Shown one piece after another: positions 63,982 to 64,000 of a stretch of DNA of 64,000 nucleotides (positions within the stretch are counted from its first letter, which is position 1; each line of letters starts with the position of its first letter). The notes below the pieces were generated by a model that was not told the origin of the DNA, made no database searches, and saw only the letters and a list, made by a program, of their open reading frames with translations. The DNA comes from an uncultured Synergistales bacterium. GTDB taxonomy: Bacteria; Synergistota; Synergistia; Synergistales; Aminobacteriaceae. The stretch covers positions 12,482 to 76,481 of the forward strand of contig CAJOMU010000002.1 in the NCBI GenBank assembly GCA_905235735.1. Direction: 5' to 3'. The translations under genes and the position numbers were made by a program.

Positions 63982-64000
63982 TCTTTCATGAGTGATGTTA

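Overview
This is a densely coding 64-kb chromosomal segment with about 55 credible genes and roughly 40-45% GC by eye. It comes from an anaerobic, amino-acid-fermenting bacterium. My best guess is Synergistota, based on a Gly/Ser-Cys + hydrophobic helix + RKK C-terminal sorting signal, glycine reductase, a HydABC-type hydrogenase and Rpn-type nucleases; this is inference only, since no database search was possible.

Contents, left to right:
- galE, a GGDEF protein and rsmA.
- A ParA-like ATPase with an overlapping, extremely acidic low-complexity partner.
- trpF, an NhaC-type antiporter and a GT1 glycosyltransferase.
- A giant (1731 aa) FliD flagellar cap protein whose centre holds at least 10 copies of an unassigned repeat module.
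- An Rpn-family PD-(D/E)XK nuclease followed by a small gene made only of Rpn C-terminal modules.
- lysA, a PAS-dynamin-like GTPase, nudC, a YedF-like protein and hpt.
- hydCBA ([FeFe] hydrogenase with NuoE/NuoF-like subunits) and a LysR regulator.
- An orphan promoter-to-terminator unit that may be an sRNA.
- A DUF721 protein and mnmG.
- A 1390-aa FG-GAP surface protein with a C-terminal sorting signal.
- recF, dnaN (with a His/Glu-repeat tail), an RluD-like synthase and a CDC48/VCP-type double AAA+ ATPase.
- A 790-bp ORF-free gap.
- galU, glmM, a second Rpn paralog, cdaR, cdaA and pyk.
- A selenium / glycine-reductase island: DUF3343, grdD, grdC, grdA(Sec) and trxA, divergent from selA, selB, selD(Sec), an alsD-like gene, trxB, agcS, a glycine riboswitch, grdX, grdE, grdB(Sec) and yedE.

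Three in-frame UGA codons split selenoprotein genes in the ORF track, and I rejoined them.

The most unusual element is the gap at 39.6-40.4 kb. It consists of two tandem ~365-385-bp modules. Each has a near-identical structured leader, a divergent 27-35-aa amphipathic peptide ORF on the minus strand, and a perfect convergent TGnTATAAT promoter on the plus strand. That layout resembles a type I toxin-antitoxin or dual-function RNA, and I cannot assign it to a known family.

All product calls rest on motif and family recognition by eye; no BLAST, HMM or Rfam searches could be run.
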